Both the position numbers and the translations under genes were made by a program. A DNA stretch of 53,351 nt, the filler included, from Sphacelaria rigidula (lineage: Eukaryota), in the NCBI GenBank assembly GCA_964200075.2. It is 4 parts of 4 records of this genome, joined end to end, with 100 filler letters (N's around TTAATTAATTAA, not from the genome) between each part and the next. Parts side by side here need not be neighbours in the genome. Positions count along the whole stretch, not along the records: positions 26,728 to 39,990 come from CAXNAA020003018.1; positions 40,091 to 53,351 come from CAXNAA020003019.1; 2 more parts are not named here. The stretch is one strand, 5' to 3'. The stretch's first letter is position 1. Each line of letters begins with the position of its first letter. Under the pieces are notes generated by a model. That model was not told where the DNA came from and searched no databases. It worked only from the letters and a program-made list of their open reading frames with translations. Shown piece by piece: positions 37,401 through 50,011 of this stretch.

Positions 37401-38824
37401 GAGGACGGGGATAACGAAGACTATCCCGACTACCTCGCCAATGCCACTGCCGTAGCAATTACGGCAGTCCTCGTAATCCCATCAATTCGCTCAACGAGCG
37501 TTACTTCCACCGTGCGCAGGTAAGCGGCGCCCCTGGCTCGTGCTGCGAGAACGCTCAAGTCATGGGCGGTACTTGAATCGCAATGCTATGACTACCTGAG
37601 GTCGGCCCGTTCGCGTTTATCTTCGCCGTTAGCATGTGCCGACAAGCGCCGGAGCTTTAGCCGTCGAGAGGTACCCTGTACTCAGGCACGAACGGGCGTC
37701 AGTGTACCAAAGATCAGCAACAGGCAGGACCACCCCGAACATGGCCGGCATACGAATCGCAAGTCCCCTCGTGCAGTTGTTGAACGTTCTCGCGTTGCCC
37801 AACGTGGACCCCAAGCCTGGAGCTAGGTAGAGAGCCCAATCGTATTGCCCCAGAAATCTGGTGTGCGGGCACATGGCAGACTCGGTGCGCCTTGGTATTT
37901 GGCGAACATTCGCACCTGCATTTGCGGGATATCGTCTAACCTTGGCCTTCGCCCGTGTGATGTCATGCCAGCTTTACCGTGGACGATACCTTCGCCCTAG
38001 TGTTTACGGTGGGACTAACGCTGTCAGCCTGGCCCCACTGCGGAATAGCCTTTGTCGGCTGTATGCTGAGCTGCGCCGTGGTGCTCGAGGCAATGGCATC
38101 GCTGGTCATCTACAAGTTTGAGCGCGAGAGGATTATCAACGGTGCTCGCAAAAACCCAATTCACGTAGACAATGCGGAGGACGCTGCGGTCAAGCCATCG
38201 GTGCGTGTGTGTGTCATCTCTCGCCGCGATAGCCCAGACGAGGTGTACATGACGTCCGTTAGGTCCAAATGTGAATCGTTCCCCATCAGCTGTAGTATCT
38301 CACTCGAAGGTCGCCGTACTTGCTTTCCTTCCATATTCCACTCGAAGGTATGACCCCGCACAAACGTTGTACACGTAGTCCGAGCATGAAAAATAGCGAC
38401 GCCGAGGGCGTTGCGAATCAATACTTGAAAGAGAGAAGATGAACCGCTATTTCAGCTATATCACTGTTGCATCGTGATCCCATCTGTTCCGTGCTCAACT
38501 GTACCTACCCTTGATAGCTCTAGAGTCATTGTGTGGTTTCGTCATACTTGTTCAATAGCCCCAAGCGTACGGTCCACCCAGACGGATCATTCTCGCCTCA
38601 TCGTGGTCGACCCCTTCTTGCCGCTTATCGACGCTTGCTCGTACAGGCGAGCGAGTTCAACATCAAACACTGGAGGTGCGCAGGGCAAGATTAGGCTTAA
38701 TGGAGGTATCTCACACTCGGCTCTCGGTATCCTGGTTCGTTTTGTTCTATTTTTTTCAAGTGGAAGTGATGGCGCTTCATCAGATGATGAGCCCCTTTTA
38801 CCGCCAGGTCAGGTCCTCCAATGA
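34452..38824 (+). pseudogene. 17-exon gene of unknown family, about 624 codons, with three in-frame stops
   Basis: Hand-built GT-AG model with all phases consistent: 34452-34807, 34967-35057, 35332-35466, 35568-35614, 35676-35742, 35839-35900, 36005-36212, 36399-36476, 36834-36950, 37265-37389, 37456-37519, 37633-37826, 37972-38008, 38117-38242, 38456-38530, 38647-38675, 38761-38824 (1875 nt). Stops are TAG 35887, TAA 37274 and TGA 37304. The start and several small exons are uncertain. Confidence 0.6.
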
Positions 38825-39752
38825 ATGACGGTCGCTTTCACGTGAAAAAATAGTACACAACTCAGAGCCAGCGAATAAACCAGGATACCAGGAGCCGACT
38901 TTGAGATACTCTATTAAGTATCATCACCGGAGCTTTGGTCACAAGAAGTGTATGTTGCGGCAGTCTCATTTGGCAGAAGGTAACGAGGCGGTGCTATGAG
39001 CTGTGGAGTCCGTCGAGAAGTAGTGCAGCGTGTCGATATATCGGAAGTAATGTTGCGTTCGATTTGAGATCAGTCCAACGTGCGAAGAGCCCTGCGGTCG
39101 TGACGATCCAGCATAAGCGTGGAACAAATCGGAGTAGGGAATCCTGTGACAAAATCACAGCACAGCTGCAGTGCAGAAAAGGAAGTAGACATTTCCCGGT
39201 TAGAGTACACCAAAGAGAGAACACTTTACGTGCGCGTTCTCGTTGCAAGTTGTAACACATGGGCAGCAAAAACGGCGGCATGCAGGAAGGGGGCGGCTAG
39301 AGCAATCCTGCTGTCTTGTGTTTTGCTTTCCGTGTGCATCGTGCGGTGAAACAAGCAATATAACTTTGTGAGCACGGTACTGCGGTGCGTTTGGTAATAT
39401 ACATGGGTCAACGTTGCTGCTGTCATATTCATATGTTGTATGCTTTCCCCTTCGTGTAAGGAGTGTATGTGCTTAATCGTGTGTAGTGTCGTGTAGTGTG
39501 GTACAATGTACTGCGCGGAAGGTTGCATGTCAAAGAGTACCGCAGTAATTGCGAGACGCACTGTCAAATCAGTGCGCGATAGCCTTTGCACCGGCAGAGT
39601 ACGCTTGAGATGCGTTCGTCCGAGTCACAGCAGTATTAGCTTTCTTGGCGAGGATTGACATGTAGTAAGCAGCACCGAAAAACGAAGAAAAGAGGGGATC
39701 CTCGTACACGCCGTCGAGTACATTTGACACTATGTATGTATACAACCGCCGC

Positions 39753-39990
39753 GCCCCGGTGGTGTAATGGTCCGACTGTCGCCATTAGGGTGGAGAGAAC
39801 GGGGATTCGATTCCCGATGCGTTCGGTTTTTCCCTCGTAATGTATGATTTCCACCGCGGAAAGCGTGAGAACGTGAGTAAACAAAGAAGTCGACTGGGTT
39901 TGTGTGGCGTGAGTTGACGCGATGCGGAAGTGCTGGCCCAATCCGCGAGTCCAAAATGAAAGGCGCGTACCAGGGGAGAGATGGGTTGAT
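39753..39990 (+). mobile_element. tRNA-derived SINE head (second family), truncated by the linker
   Basis: GCCCCGGTGGTGTAATGG (A box) and GGATTCGATTCCC (B-box-like) at about 39803-39815; no closing acceptor stem. Confidence 0.55.
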
Positions 39991-40090
39991 NNNNNNNNNN
40001 NNNNNNNNNNNNNNNNNNNNNNNNNNNNNNNNNNTTAATTAATTAANNNNNNNNNNNNNNNNNNNNNNNNNNNNNNNNNNNNNNNNNNNN
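39991..40090. other. Artificial linker N44-TTAATTAATTAA-N44
   Basis: Direct reading. Confidence 0.97.
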
Positions 40091-40094
40091 CATT

Positions 40095-40170
40095 AAACCG
40101 TTCCGATATCTGCGCGGTACATTGGTACTGGGCATCTTATGCGGACGCCTTCCGTGGTCACAGGCAGAGT
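40095..40170. repeat. Dispersed repeat shared with about 10525-10590
   Basis: AAACCGTTCCGATATCTGCGC...GCGGACGCCTTCCGTGGTCACAGGC occurs at both sites. Confidence 0.7.
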
Positions 40171-41273
40171 TGGAGCATAAAAATCGGTCGAATGAACAAT
40201 GAATGGATATAGCATAGAAAAAATGACGAAAGCACACACGCGGCCATTCGGCTACCCCCACAAATATCCTCTATCGCGATTTTCATGATCTCCAGGGTAA
40301 AGTGACCCTCCGGAGGATAAAACTACCCTTCATTTTAGAGGGTATTTTTTACTCAGTTCCGATCTTATAAAACGAATCCACGAATCCTCTGGAGGGCATC
40401 TGATGCTCCGGTGACTTCTGGGGTCTGAATCCCTCGAGAGTACTGTAGCAAAAAAGATGGTGCTCACCGACAGAAGAGGAAAAGAAAAGATTAGACAAGA
40501 AAAAAAGAAAAATGACGCAAAGGGATTTGCAAGGCCACCGGGCAGGGGGCAACTAAAAAAAGCAACCCCAGACACCCTCAAAGACCACCACCACTACATC
40601 TGTTCGGAGAAACCGCAGATAAATGTACAGGTATACTAGCAGCCAGTGAGTGTTTTACCCGATGGACTACGCTGGTTACACTTTCTGGAGGTCCTCGGTA
40701 GGCACTCGGGGAGCTCTAGCAGTTGCACAGCAAAAAATTCGTTGGCGTGGTGTGCTTTTGTCTAGGCTGTCATGTACATGTTGGTCCCCTCGTCTACAGC
40801 TGTCCGTAAAATAAAAATATACCTCAGCTCAACAACAGCAGTGCACAACAGACAACGTGCTCGCAATGTACTTTCTGTTCCGAAAATGACAAAGGTATGT
40901 AGTTTTTTTTTTTTGCGCAAAAAATGGGTAGGGCAAAAGACACAAAACAGAGTGTTGGTGTGCCGGAATCAAAACTACCAGCGGGGTGTGCAGGGAGCTA
41001 GGCAAGCCTGTGACAGAGGGCAAACTTAGGCTGGACCATACGTTGATCGCAGTCATCTTTCTTACAGAAAATCTCTTGCTCTTAGCTCAAACGCCTGAGC
41101 TTCTCTCCAACGCGAAAATAGCTCCCTAGTACGGACGGAAGGTATATTTTTGGGCACCATCGTATTTGCTACCTGTTATTGCTCCGGGTTCATTCTGGCA
41201 AGGAGGAACGACCCCACCCTGCTGGAGCCGCTGTCAAGCGGGTGATCACAGACGGGAAAACAATTGGGCCCTG

Positions 41274-44200
41274 ATGGGGAACAAAGCCGCAACAGCAGGC
41301 CAACTCGAGCAAGCAAGAGAGGCGCCAGGGTTTAACGCGGGAGCGATGAGCGGGAATGACGCGCACGTGGAGGGGTGTGCCTCCGTGGCACTACCGCCGA
41401 GCGGTGTTGTTGATGGGGACCAAGAGGCCTACGACGTTAGCCCAGAGGAGGGTAGTGGGGAAGAGGGAGAGACGGCAGCGGCGGTAGCTATTGCTGTCGC
41501 TCCGTCTGAGGAAGGCGTTGAGGGGGTGGTTAACTACACTCGAAATAACAGTCAGAGCTCCGCGAGCAACAATAGACCCCCTGGGTCACCCCCTCTCGCT
41601 GTTGCAGCCGTCACCGTGAGCGAGCCCGTTTTGGACGTAGACGCCACTAGTGCGAATAGTACTGCGGAGAGGCGACCCGCCGAGACGGTGCCGCCACCAC
41701 CGCGAGTGCAGTTTTTTGCTTCTTCGTCTAGCTCAGTGTCACCACCACGAGCACCTGGGGGGGGCGACTTGCAGCTCCCCCCCCCACTACAGGATCTCCC
41801 GGTTCCGGGATCGGAGGAGGCGCGCCTAGCTGCCAGGGGCTCTCCTAGCAGCGCCGATGGGCGAGACCGTGAGAAAGGAGCACAGTGAGTGATCTGCTGT
41901 GCACAGACGTAATTCTTAAAACGTGAAGTTGTAGTTCTCTTGACATGGTGTGTTGCTAGCTCAGTTAGTTCATGCAGTGCTGTTCGCACATCAGTTCATA
42001 GTCGGAGAGCTGTCTGCGCCTTCGTCGGGTATTTTCTAGTACATCTGTTACTTACGGTTTGCTCTTTGGTCAGTCTAATTGTTGATCAAGCCATTATATG
42101 GCTCCTTCTTCTGTAGCGAAGCAGAAGACCCCCCCCCCCGTTCTTTTCTCTTGAAAAGAGAAGGCCTGCTCGGCAGAGACGGGACAATGGACAACATTGC
42201 CTTGGTCTGATTGCATGACGGAACTCCCCTAACAACGGAGGAGAGATTCCTTCGATAGTGGATGTTGTATTTCTTTTGCGACCGGTAATTTGCGTACGCT
42301 GAGGTTGTGACCGACAAACGGTTTCAATTCAACGGCAAAGGGTAGGGTAGGGTACGACGATGTTTGGTCGCTTCCCACCGTTGTACTTGTGTACAGGTAC
42401 AGTATTACTACCGTACAGTTATCACGTAGCAGTCAGTACAGCGGTACAACAACTCTTGGACTTCCCTCCAATCAAGTTTTGGAGCAGAGACAGTAGTACC
42501 GTCATCGCATGGAGCGTACCGAACACATATTGGACGGACTCGCCCCGTGCTTGCAATGGTAGACAGGATGGTGCAGCGGCAGTGGGAATATCTTCGGACT
42601 GCAGTACAGCGCATTGCCCTCATCGTTCGTTCGCGTTTCCGACACCCTCCTCTCGTCATATTATGGATGTCATTTAGTACTATGGTATCATGGTTGATGA
42701 AGACTAGATAGGTGAGTCCTCACTTGCCAAGTAATGATAGTAATCGAAATAGCTTGGTTTGAAAGGCGAACGCATGAAAATAATGTGAAAGGCCCTAACA
42801 TCACAGCTCTAGGTACTGCACCGCGCCCATGGATCGTTTGGCGTACCACTTCTGATTGCGCAAAAGGCGACCGATATGAACTCACCTTAATACTATTATC
42901 CCATCATCCCTGCATCTGTCCTTTGCCAGCGTGGAGGTTTCAGTGTTTAAGTATCAGCCAGGAGTACAAACCCCTGTTGAGCAACTACACAACTACCGGA
43001 TCAGCTCTCGAGGGGCTGCCATTACCGGTTCCCTCAATCAGACCGAAGAACGAAGGGGAGAGACCGTCAGCGGGTCGGTCGACATCGCGACAGGTGATCA
43101 TGGGCGACGTTTTTGGCTGCCGCATCTCACTGTTTTGTATTTGGCCCACACCTCCCGTGGTGCGCCCATCATTTGCAGGCAATGATGTCGAGAACGGGTT
43201 TGTCATTTTTGCGTATAGTGAGCTCTGTTCCATCATTATATAGTGTGCATTTTGCTGTGGCAAACAAGGACCTAGTGCACCGATATTTGAATCTGACGCT
43301 CACACCGAAGAAAACAGGAGCGGCTGGTAATCACCGCATGCGCAGTCACAAGCGGCTCATCACAATGTGCTTGGAACCTTCAGCGACCCCCGCTCCCTAT
43401 ACCGGTTTTTGACAGCATTTGACGTGGATCTTGTCTAAAGCCATGCCCCTCTAGAACGTAGCTTTACATACTGTCATACTCTGTAGCACTAAACGTTGAT
43501 GAGACAGCGCCGCCGGACTGCCTCATGTAGGGTGCAGGCATATTTCATGTAGGGTGCAGACATGAAAGTGTCTCAGTCAGTGCAATTAGGACTCTAGCGC
43601 TGTAGGGTGTGCCGGTAATCGTGTCGTGGTAGGAAAGCAGAAGGTGGCACTTTTAGGGTAGGGAGAGGTACGGGCGTCAAGCTGTACACGTCCAGTTAGA
43701 GGCACGATCCAATACGTGGGTCTCATGTGAGGCATGTGAAATGCCGATAACGATGTGGTTGTTTTCGCAATGATATGGCCGATTTTCAATGTGGAAATAT
43801 GAGCGGAGGGAAGATCGACGACAGCTCTCGTATTATTTCTTGAAATCAAGGATATTTTAACGTCTTGCGGAACGCGCACGGGTTGCGTCTAAGGTCAAGT
43901 CCGTTGAAACTTGTCTGTGGAAGTACAGTGGTAGTGTACGCTCTTGGGTGCACACTGTAGTGTAGGGCTCCGGTCCTCAACCAAAAGCGCTCGTGTGAAG
44001 AGCACAATTTTGTTGATTTTGGGTGCCCGTAGCTCGGGTCCTGTACACGATAGGCACGAGGATCACTCACCACGACCAACGAGCGGCCTTCTCGAGAGGA
44101 TATATCAGCGTCGGCGGCAACTGTACGCAGCCAGAGTCTAGTCCTTCTGGGGATGTCTTGTAGAGACCAGTTGAGTCCAGCACCAAGTGGTGACGATGCG

Positions 44201-47200
44201 GCGTTTCGGCGTTCTGTTGTCGCAACCAAAAGTCCCTGTACTCTCACCTATTGCGCAATCACAGAGTACCGGAAAGTAAGCAGCTTGCTGTTGTCGTTGC
44301 TGGTGCCCATCTTTACAGAGTACGAAAAGCGAAAGGGATCACAAGTGGCGCGACACCACATCAAGGATCACCGTGCCAAGCAACTGCTCGTAGTACCGAA
44401 TGACGACAAATTCGTAGCTGTTGCTGCGCCGGAGGCATTCTCACGACACTCTGGGACGTGCATGATCCTGGGAGGACAGGTGAGTCAAATCTGCTGCGTT
44501 TCTGTGAGTTTGGGCAATGTCATTTGCTGGGGTGATGTCCGTTCTGCGAGGATACTAGGTACTAAGGGATTCTCAAGTCTATGCCTGGCTGAGGACTTCC
44601 GATTTCCCCCGACTTCACGTGTAGCATATGCTTCTTGAACCGAAACGACATGCTAGATTTACTTGAGAATTATCATCGGAGGGAGAGCGGTCGCCAAAGA
44701 GCTCGATACGGTGAAACACGCGGGAACCCTGATGAACACATGCCTATTGCTCGATACGTGTCGAATCTGGCCTCCTTGTCTCCGCTGCAGGGTGCCTACG
44801 GGAACGGCACCGCGAAGTCGTACGAGCTGAAGCTAGGTAACTTCCTGCGGATTGGCTCCGTAGGCGTAGTGGTCAGCGAGATCCACACGGGCGCGGGTGG
44901 AGAGCACAAGTGTTTGTCGTGGGAGGAGCTCACTTGCCTTAAGGGGGACATTGCTGCCATACAAAAGGTAAAGTTCGTTGCGATATCGCGGCGCTGGATC
45001 TGCTGTAGTTTCATGGGTAGACTACTGTAACTCTCCCGCATGTGCATGTGCCGAGATACTACCCTAGCACTGACGGCTTGATGCGCCAAGTTCGCTCTGC
45101 CCCCACTTGATATCCCAGTCTCCCTCCACTGTGTTTCTTGCAGGACCTGGTAACAATTGAGGCTCTCACCGCTCAGGAGGAGAATGCCGAAGCAGACAAA
45201 TTGATTGAATCGCTTCAAAACGGGATGGGGAGTGTGGTGCAGACAAGGATGTGCTACATGTGCTTTGATGACGTGGACGAGCCCAGTAACCCTCTGGTGA
45301 GAGCTACGGTCCCGTTGGTGACACAGATGATGTCGCCCATGCGATCTCGTTGATATTCTGGATGGAAGGTAACGTCGGCTGCTGCACCGTGGTCCCATTT
45401 ATGTGCTCCCGTAGCCATTTGATACTGTGGGTCGCACGACGGTCTAAGCGCCAATATTTGAGCTCCGTCGCGCTCCCATTCTGTGCGTTCTTCACAGGTC
45501 GCCCCTTGTGAGTGCCGAGGCGACACCCGGTACGTACACCTCAACTGTCTTCAAAAGTGGCACACCACAACATCGGAGAACAAGGTGTGTATCTATGGGC
45601 GCACATCCTGTGGTGAAACTGCGAGCAGATTTCACGACAGTAATATTTTCAACTTGTAGACGTATGCTACTCGGTGAGCCGTTTGGGATATTCTCAGTTT
45701 GACCCCGTTTTTTTTTGTGAACATGAACATGAACATGACTGACTGTTTGATGTAACAGGTGAAACTAGGTGTAGTGCACCACAAGTGATGCTGCTGGTTG
45801 CAGTATAGACAGACTAATGCCTGGATGAGGGGGGATCGAAGCAAAATATCCTGAGGGGTTGGAAGAGCACTACATTCGAGACTCATGTACGCTTCGCCCG
45901 TTGGTCTCTCCTCGCCACTTATTCACGCGTTGTCAGGTGTGCGTTGTTCTGAACAACAAGGGAGTTCGCGTTTGTACGGTGTGCAAATCACCGTACAAGG
46001 CCAGTGTAAGACTGCCTAGTGGCGAGAGCATTTCCCTTTTCCAGAGCCCGCTGCCTCCCCCGTACATCTGCTTCATGGTGGTGACACGCCATCAAAACAA
46101 CGAGGTATACATAACCAAATATGCTGCCATCAAGTTGTTGTATCATGGATATGATGATCAGCGAGTGTTGTGAGTTGCAAGAAGGAGGCTTGTCTAGTGT
46201 CGACGCTGGAGCATTACCCTCAAATGGAACTTGGCATAACGGAGTGAGGGGGCGGGTTGATACGTGATGAAATATTGGCCCCACATACGCTCACTACCAT
46301 CGATCATCACTCTTTTAACCTGTACTCCATGTACCCGATTACAATTTGGCAAGTCGAGTCAAATTGGAAGAGAGGTGTGGACCCCAGGATCAGACCTGGA
46401 CGTGACAGCACCCTGAAATCTAATACTCTTGACGCGATGACATGTAAACTAAATAACAGAATGGGAAGGGTGTAGAGTATATGAGCCCCCTTGGTTACCT
46501 GCTTGCATCAAGTGGCGAACGCACTAGGTCAAGGCTGGTTTTGCTCCTTCTGCTTATCTACATTTGTACTGCTTCTAATATTCGCGTGCGTGTTCTGCTT
46601 GCCAGCATGAGAAAGTTTCGAGGTGCATATGTGATCCATGTTTGGAATGTCAATCTGGCACGTGTTTTGCGAAAACCATTTTTTTTATTGCGTTGGTTGA
46701 GTATTCTCTTATTTCGCTTGCTGCGCAGTTTAGATTGATTAGATTCATGCTGTCGTACTGCGCAGGAGCTGTTCAGCACTAAATACCAGCTTAGCTTCAG
46801 CAGCGTCATGAACCGCGGTGGGACGGCAAGCACCAAAGAGTTGGTGGTCGGCCGATCTCGTCAGTGCGACATGGTTCTCGACTACAGGTACGACGGCCTC
46901 TTGTGTTGTAAACTGGGGACTCGCAAATTGGGGAATCAACCCCTGGAATCGAGTGGTCAATAACGGTGATGTACCTTGTGCGTAGGTCGTACGAAGTATA
47001 TAACTTGAAAACACTCTTGCGTTCGAAAGGTCTCATTTTCCGCTACGCCCTGCCTCCTCGCGTCCTTCCAAAACGCACGTCTCACCCAATATTCCGGGGC
47101 AACCAATGTGTTTAGGACGGTGTCAACGCGACATGCGAGCGTGAGGTTCCAAGGCGGAAGGTTCTACTTTTCGGATCTCATGAGCAGCAACGGGAGTTAT

Positions 47201-50011
47201 CTGTGAGTAGAAGCGCTTGCGAGGCCGTTCTCCAAGCAAAGCTCTTACGATCAGCAAAAAACAAACTACAAATACCTGTACAGATTATAAAAATGTCTGT
47301 AAGTACCACTTTTACTATAGAAGCTGTACTACTGACTTTGTTTTACGCGATGTAGTGATGAAGGGTCGTCCCGGGTGCATCATGCTAGCTGTAATTGGGT
47401 GCCATCGGTGGTAGTTTTACCTCCTGACGTGAGCGTTGGAAGTTCATCTGAATAGTGGACAACCGCGAAACTACGCATGATAAGACAAATGTCATGACCC
47501 ATGCTTGTGTTATGTGGCCCATGCCATGTGTCCGTTCGGTAGTGCGTGTTGAGTCATTAGATGAGCAAGCATACCCTTATAGCTGAGTTCGGACTCTAGT
47601 AACAACAAGAGCGTCACCACGAGAAACAGCACCATGGCTGTGCGCTACCTGCAGTCCAGCGGTGTGGCCCAACGCATGTCAATCGCTGTTGGTGGTTCGT
47701 CGATGCAATTTGATTTTTGCCGTCTGCTTGATCCATATGCTCTTTTGCATGCGTCCGTCAGAGATTTGAAGTTATCCTCATGTCTTGGCCGTGGGCAGCA
47801 GTCCATCGAAAACATACATATTGCTCACTTTGATTGCTTTGTTGGCTGCCTTGCTGTATTCGGAGAAGGGCAGCTGGCGCCTCCAAGGTTCTTTTGCCGA
47901 TAACTAAATATTTGCGGAGCCCACAGCATATTTTGTAGGGACAGCACTGTTATACGGGTTTCAGAGGAGTGAACAAAAACACCCCGCACTCCATGCAAAA
48001 TTGCGCCGCTCTCCTGATGACTGGCACCTCGCACTGCGCGAGACTACCATCGACAGGTCTGTCTCCCACGACAACACCGAAGGTACCCAAGCACCGTACG
48101 TCAATTTTCGTTTTCGGAGGCTATTTTCGTGGTCGATAGAGTCGTGCAGGCGCACATGTTGTTGTCCAAGGTGACTGATGATGCTGTTGAGAACGTTTGA
48201 TGTGGTTCGGTCTCTGAATATGTCGGCCACATTGGCAAGATAACACCGCGAGGGTTGATTCCATACACCGACTGCTCGCATACACGGGCAATAGTGGTGA
48301 TCAAATAATCACCCTGGGCTCAGGTTGTTTTGAGACAAAGATAGCCCTGTTCAAAAGAGGGGCAGAAGGGAGCCACTTTATGGATCTGGCATGGCAGTGA
48401 AGTTTAGGCAGACGAATGCATGATGGGCATCCAAATTGTCGCTCGAATAATAAGTTTTCACTTGTGCAAGGGTCGGATGAATCATCGTTGATTCGAATCA
48501 TTCCACTCTCCTGGGGTGCGCGTACCTGGGTTATGTTGTTTAGGTTGTCATCCCATCTGTTCTGGACGCCGGTCCACACTTTTCGGTAGATGTGGATGCA
48601 TCAGCTAGGGTCACGCAGGAGGAAGACAGCCACAGGAGTATTTTTACTTCTTGTTCGTTTTAGTTATCCACCTTCTTTCTGTGGTGCTTACCTTCATTTT
48701 CTATCGGGAGAGGGGCCCAGCGGTCCCTTTCCCTCCTCGACCGTGACGTGAAATTTTGTGTACCCACGACATGGTCGCTCTCCTCTGTCGTTGAAAAAAA
48801 TCCCGCATCATGTGACTTCACCAAAATTCGATCCCACGACCCAACCGTCAGGAGGTTTCGAGGTTGCCAACTGAGCCACCGGGGCGACCGGCACCTGGGG
48901 TGCAACGCTGAAAACACAGCCCAAGGATTGATTCGTGCGGTACAAGTCAGTTTCAATAGAAGCGAGCGATTTTCAGACGTATCACTGTCCGCCCAACTCT
49001 CGCAATCTTGCACACCCTGCACAACAAATCACAGTCGAAAAGTGTATTGCGCACAGTACATAATCTCGTGTCTACTGCAAAATATGCAGTATCGATACTA
49101 CACACGGTACTTCTTTTTACAGAGTAGTTGTCATTATGTAGGGCGTTTAATCTTGCTCTTGTTCGATACGCGGAAGCTCATAGCATCCACTACTACAAGC
49201 GATTCCATGTTCAAGGGAGGCTGGGAGCTTCCTATAAGTACCTTGGTCGTGCAGTCAAGGTACCGCAATCGAGGCTTGAACGATGAAATGTTGAATTGTG
49301 TGGTGGATCGATGTGTCACCGTTGCCCGCTCTGAAATTGGCCCTGAGACAAGAAACGTCTCAAGTTTTCGATTGTTGCAGGATACAAGTATAATAGTATC
49401 GTTTTTGTTTGCCCACATTGCAGCAAAAGAGCAACTGGCTCACCTGTGTACCTGTTTGCCCGTTTGTCCTCCCATCAGTGTCCTCATGTTCGTCTGTCCA
49501 ACCTGTAATCGTCAGTTGCCCCCCTGTTTCTACCGCACCCCGTGTGTGCAGTTATCTTCGTGAGCCGCTTCAACTTCCCTACGGCGAGACCGTGTTCCTT
49601 AAATGGGGATCCAACGTGGTGTCGTTGAAGGCGAAACGATCTATCCGCCACCGCGTGACCAACCTGTTGGGGCGGCGAACTACGGTGAGCACTGAGTATG
49701 TCTGAGCGGAGTCCATGGGCGCATCTTCAGTTGTGGATAATTTCTCGGTCACGGGGTTTTACACGTGTAGCTTTCTGTCACACGAGATCCGGAAAAGTCT
49801 GCAAAAAGCAATGTTCAAAACGTGCGGACCTTGTCGCTGCCCTTTATTCCACAACCTTCACAATGACCAGGTGGCCAACAAAAAAGAAAACCCAGAGCAG
49901 GAGTTCACCTTGCTGGAGTCGTTGTGCGAAATGGGTCACTCACCCTCTACAGAGTCTGCAACAGATGGTGGTATCAATGCCGCTGCCGCCCGCGGAGGGA
50001 GTTCGTTGTAA
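41274..50011 (+). CDS. RING-CH (RINGv) and FHA domain protein, putative E3 ubiquitin ligase, 11 exons, 667 aa
   Basis: Exons 41274-41884, 42930-43093, 44319-44479, 44791-44967, 45144-45296, 45498-45584, 45937-46104, 46766-46887, 47116-47202, 49552-49684, 49871-50011 (2004 nt, all GT-AG, phases match, no stops). C4HC3 RING: CYMC...APCECRGDTRYVHLNCLQKW...CTVCKSPY. FHA: LVVGRSRQCDMVLDYRTVSTRHASV...DLMSSNGSYL. Confidence 0.92.
45251..45996 (+). CDS. RING-CH domain portion (exons 5-7) of the 41274-50011 gene
   Basis: The spliced translation has C4-H-C3 spacing with the conserved W (CLQKW). Confidence 0.92.
46766..47202 (+). CDS. FHA domain core (exons 8-9) of the 41274-50011 gene
   Basis: Conserved GR, S-x-x-H and S-x-NG motifs, joined through a phase-2 intron (AG|G = Arg). 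Confidence 0.9.
48533..48890 (-). mobile_element. Apparently full-length tRNA-derived SINE in intron 9, with TSD
   Basis: A box TGGCTCAGTTGG (48867-48878) and B-box-like GATCGAATT (48825-48833). The flanks are GTACCTGGGTT (48522-48532) and GCACCTGGGGT (48891-48901). Confidence 0.8.

Noticed and set aside
39753..39825. tRNA gene
   Set aside because: A and B boxes are present but there is no acceptor-stem closure or clean anticodon arm, so a SINE head explains it better. The same applies to about 8640-8705 and 48820-48890.
48748..49563. 271-aa ORF, the longest in the track
   Set aside because: It lies almost entirely in intron 9, spans antisense SINE and other repeat sequence, has no recognisable domain, and is out of frame with exon 10.
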